Assembly (NCBI RefSeq): GCF_003334355.1
Contig: NZ_QOWP01000112.1
Source of the DNA: Escherichia coli
GTDB taxonomy: Bacteria > Pseudomonadota > Gammaproteobacteria > Enterobacterales > Enterobacteriaceae
Strand: one strand, 5' to 3'
Length of the DNA stretch: 355 nucleotides
Position 1 is the stretch's first letter. Every line of letters begins with the position of its first letter. The position numbers and the translations under genes are program-made. The notes under the pieces were generated by a model. The model made no database searches. It was not told the origin of the DNA and saw only the letters and a program-made list of their open reading frames with translations. Shown here piece after piece: positions 1-355 of this stretch.

Positions 1-355
1 TGAATTTGACCTTGCGGCTTAACTGTCGCTGAAGTCTCGCCAGCGTCTTCTGGTTTTTCTGAAAACTGTTTACAGGCTCAAAGACTGTGCCATCTGACAG
101 CGTGGCGAGTTTAGCCACGCCAGCATCCAGCCCGATCATTGATGCTGAAGGGTGAACCGGAGTTGATACTTCACTTTCTGTCTGAATACTGATGTACCAC
201 TTACCGCAGGACTGGCTGACAGTGACATTTTTCACAACACCCGTGACCTGACGGCTGTTCCGGTAGCGCATCCAGCCCAGTTTCGGCAGAAAAATACGGC
301 TGTTTTCCTGATCGAGCTTAACGCCCTGCGGGTAGCGGAATGCATCATTCTGTCC
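1..355 (-). CDS. tnpB: IS200/IS605-family TnpB (OrfB) RNA-guided endonuclease, internal fragment; both ends lie outside the window (N-terminal side beyond 355, C-terminal side beyond 1)
   Basis: Seen in sequence: the minus-strand frame phased to position 355 (first full codon 353-355, last 2-4) is open for 118 codons. All three plus-strand frames hit stops within the first 32 nt (tga 1-3, taa 20-22, tga 30-32) and the other two minus-strand frames also contain stops. Established knowledge, from memory: the translation carries TnpB hallmarks, namely FRYPQG (complement of 323-340), a basic/aromatic KLGWMRY segment (complement of 263-283), the beta-strand-like CGKWYISIQTE, the RuvC-I motif IGLDAGVAKLATLSDG, and the following LARLQRQLSRKVK segment. 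No alignment was run. Confidence 0.85.
116..136 (-). other. tnpB: RuvC-I catalytic motif coding segment (IGLDAGV); putative catalytic Asp codon gat = complement of 125-127
   Basis: Seen in sequence: the reverse complement of 116-136 reads atc ggg ctg gat gct ggc gtg = I G L D A G V. Established knowledge: TnpB and Cas12 RuvC-I motifs have this hydrophobic-G-hydrophobic-D-x-G form, with the Asp as first catalytic residue. Assigning this particular Asp as catalytic is inference by motif position. Confidence 0.7.

Noticed and set aside
100-120. Intrinsic (Rho-independent) terminator formed by the 7-bp GC-rich hairpin
   Set aside because: No T/U-rich tract follows the stem on either strand, and the hairpin sits mid-ORF within a conserved catalytic motif.
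140-271. Internal ATG codons (Met codons at complement of 269-271 and 137-139) as the true translation start
   Set aside because: Conserved TnpB-like sequence continues in frame upstream of both without any stop, so they are internal methionines of a longer protein.
1-355. Possible plus-strand genes or overlapping ORFs
   Set aside because: All three plus-strand frames are interrupted early (tga 1-3 and 7-9, taa 20-22, tga 30-32) and repeatedly afterwards, so no plausible plus-strand CDS exists in the window.
1-355. ωRNA/reRNA or IS right-end structure within the window
   Set aside because: The ωRNA of TnpB systems overlaps the 3' end of tnpB and the transposon right end; this window codes a central part of the protein (WED-like segment and RuvC-I), so the ωRNA should lie outside it.
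1-355. CRISPR-associated Cas12 gene or CRISPR array
   Set aside because: There are no direct repeats and spacers. The motifs (FRYPQG, KLGWMRY, compact RuvC-I spacing) fit transposon TnpB rather than a larger Cas12 effector, although the two are homologous and only a profile search with full-length sequence could formally separate them.
1-355. Assignment to a specific named insertion sequence or host gene (for example an enterobacterial IS609/insQ-type copy)
   Set aside because: The sequence has an enterobacterial feel and resembles TnpB copies I recall from E. coli-like genomes, but I cannot run a database search and will not assert a specific IS name or locus from memory.

Overview
The whole 355-bp window is the interior of a single minus-strand coding sequence, and its translation is recognisably an IS200/IS605-family TnpB (OrfB), the transposon-encoded RNA-guided (OMEGA) endonuclease related to Cas12. 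Only one of the six frames is open: minus-strand codons phased to position 355 run 118 codons without a stop and read GQNDAFRYPQGVKLDQENSRIFLPKLGWMRYRNSRQVTGVVKNVTVSQSCGKWYISIQTESEVSTPVHPSASMIGLDAGVAKLATLSDGTVFEPVNSFQKNQKTLARLQRQLSRKVKF. This includes a RuvC-I-type motif (IGLDAGV) with its catalytic Asp codon at 125-127 on the complement strand. Neither gene end is in the window, so there is no start, stop, promoter, terminator, ωRNA or transposon end to report. I see no sequence evidence for a previously undescribed system here; this is a fragment of a known mobile-element nuclease family. Nothing was searched against a database: all assignments rest on my reading of the translation and my memory of conserved TnpB motifs.
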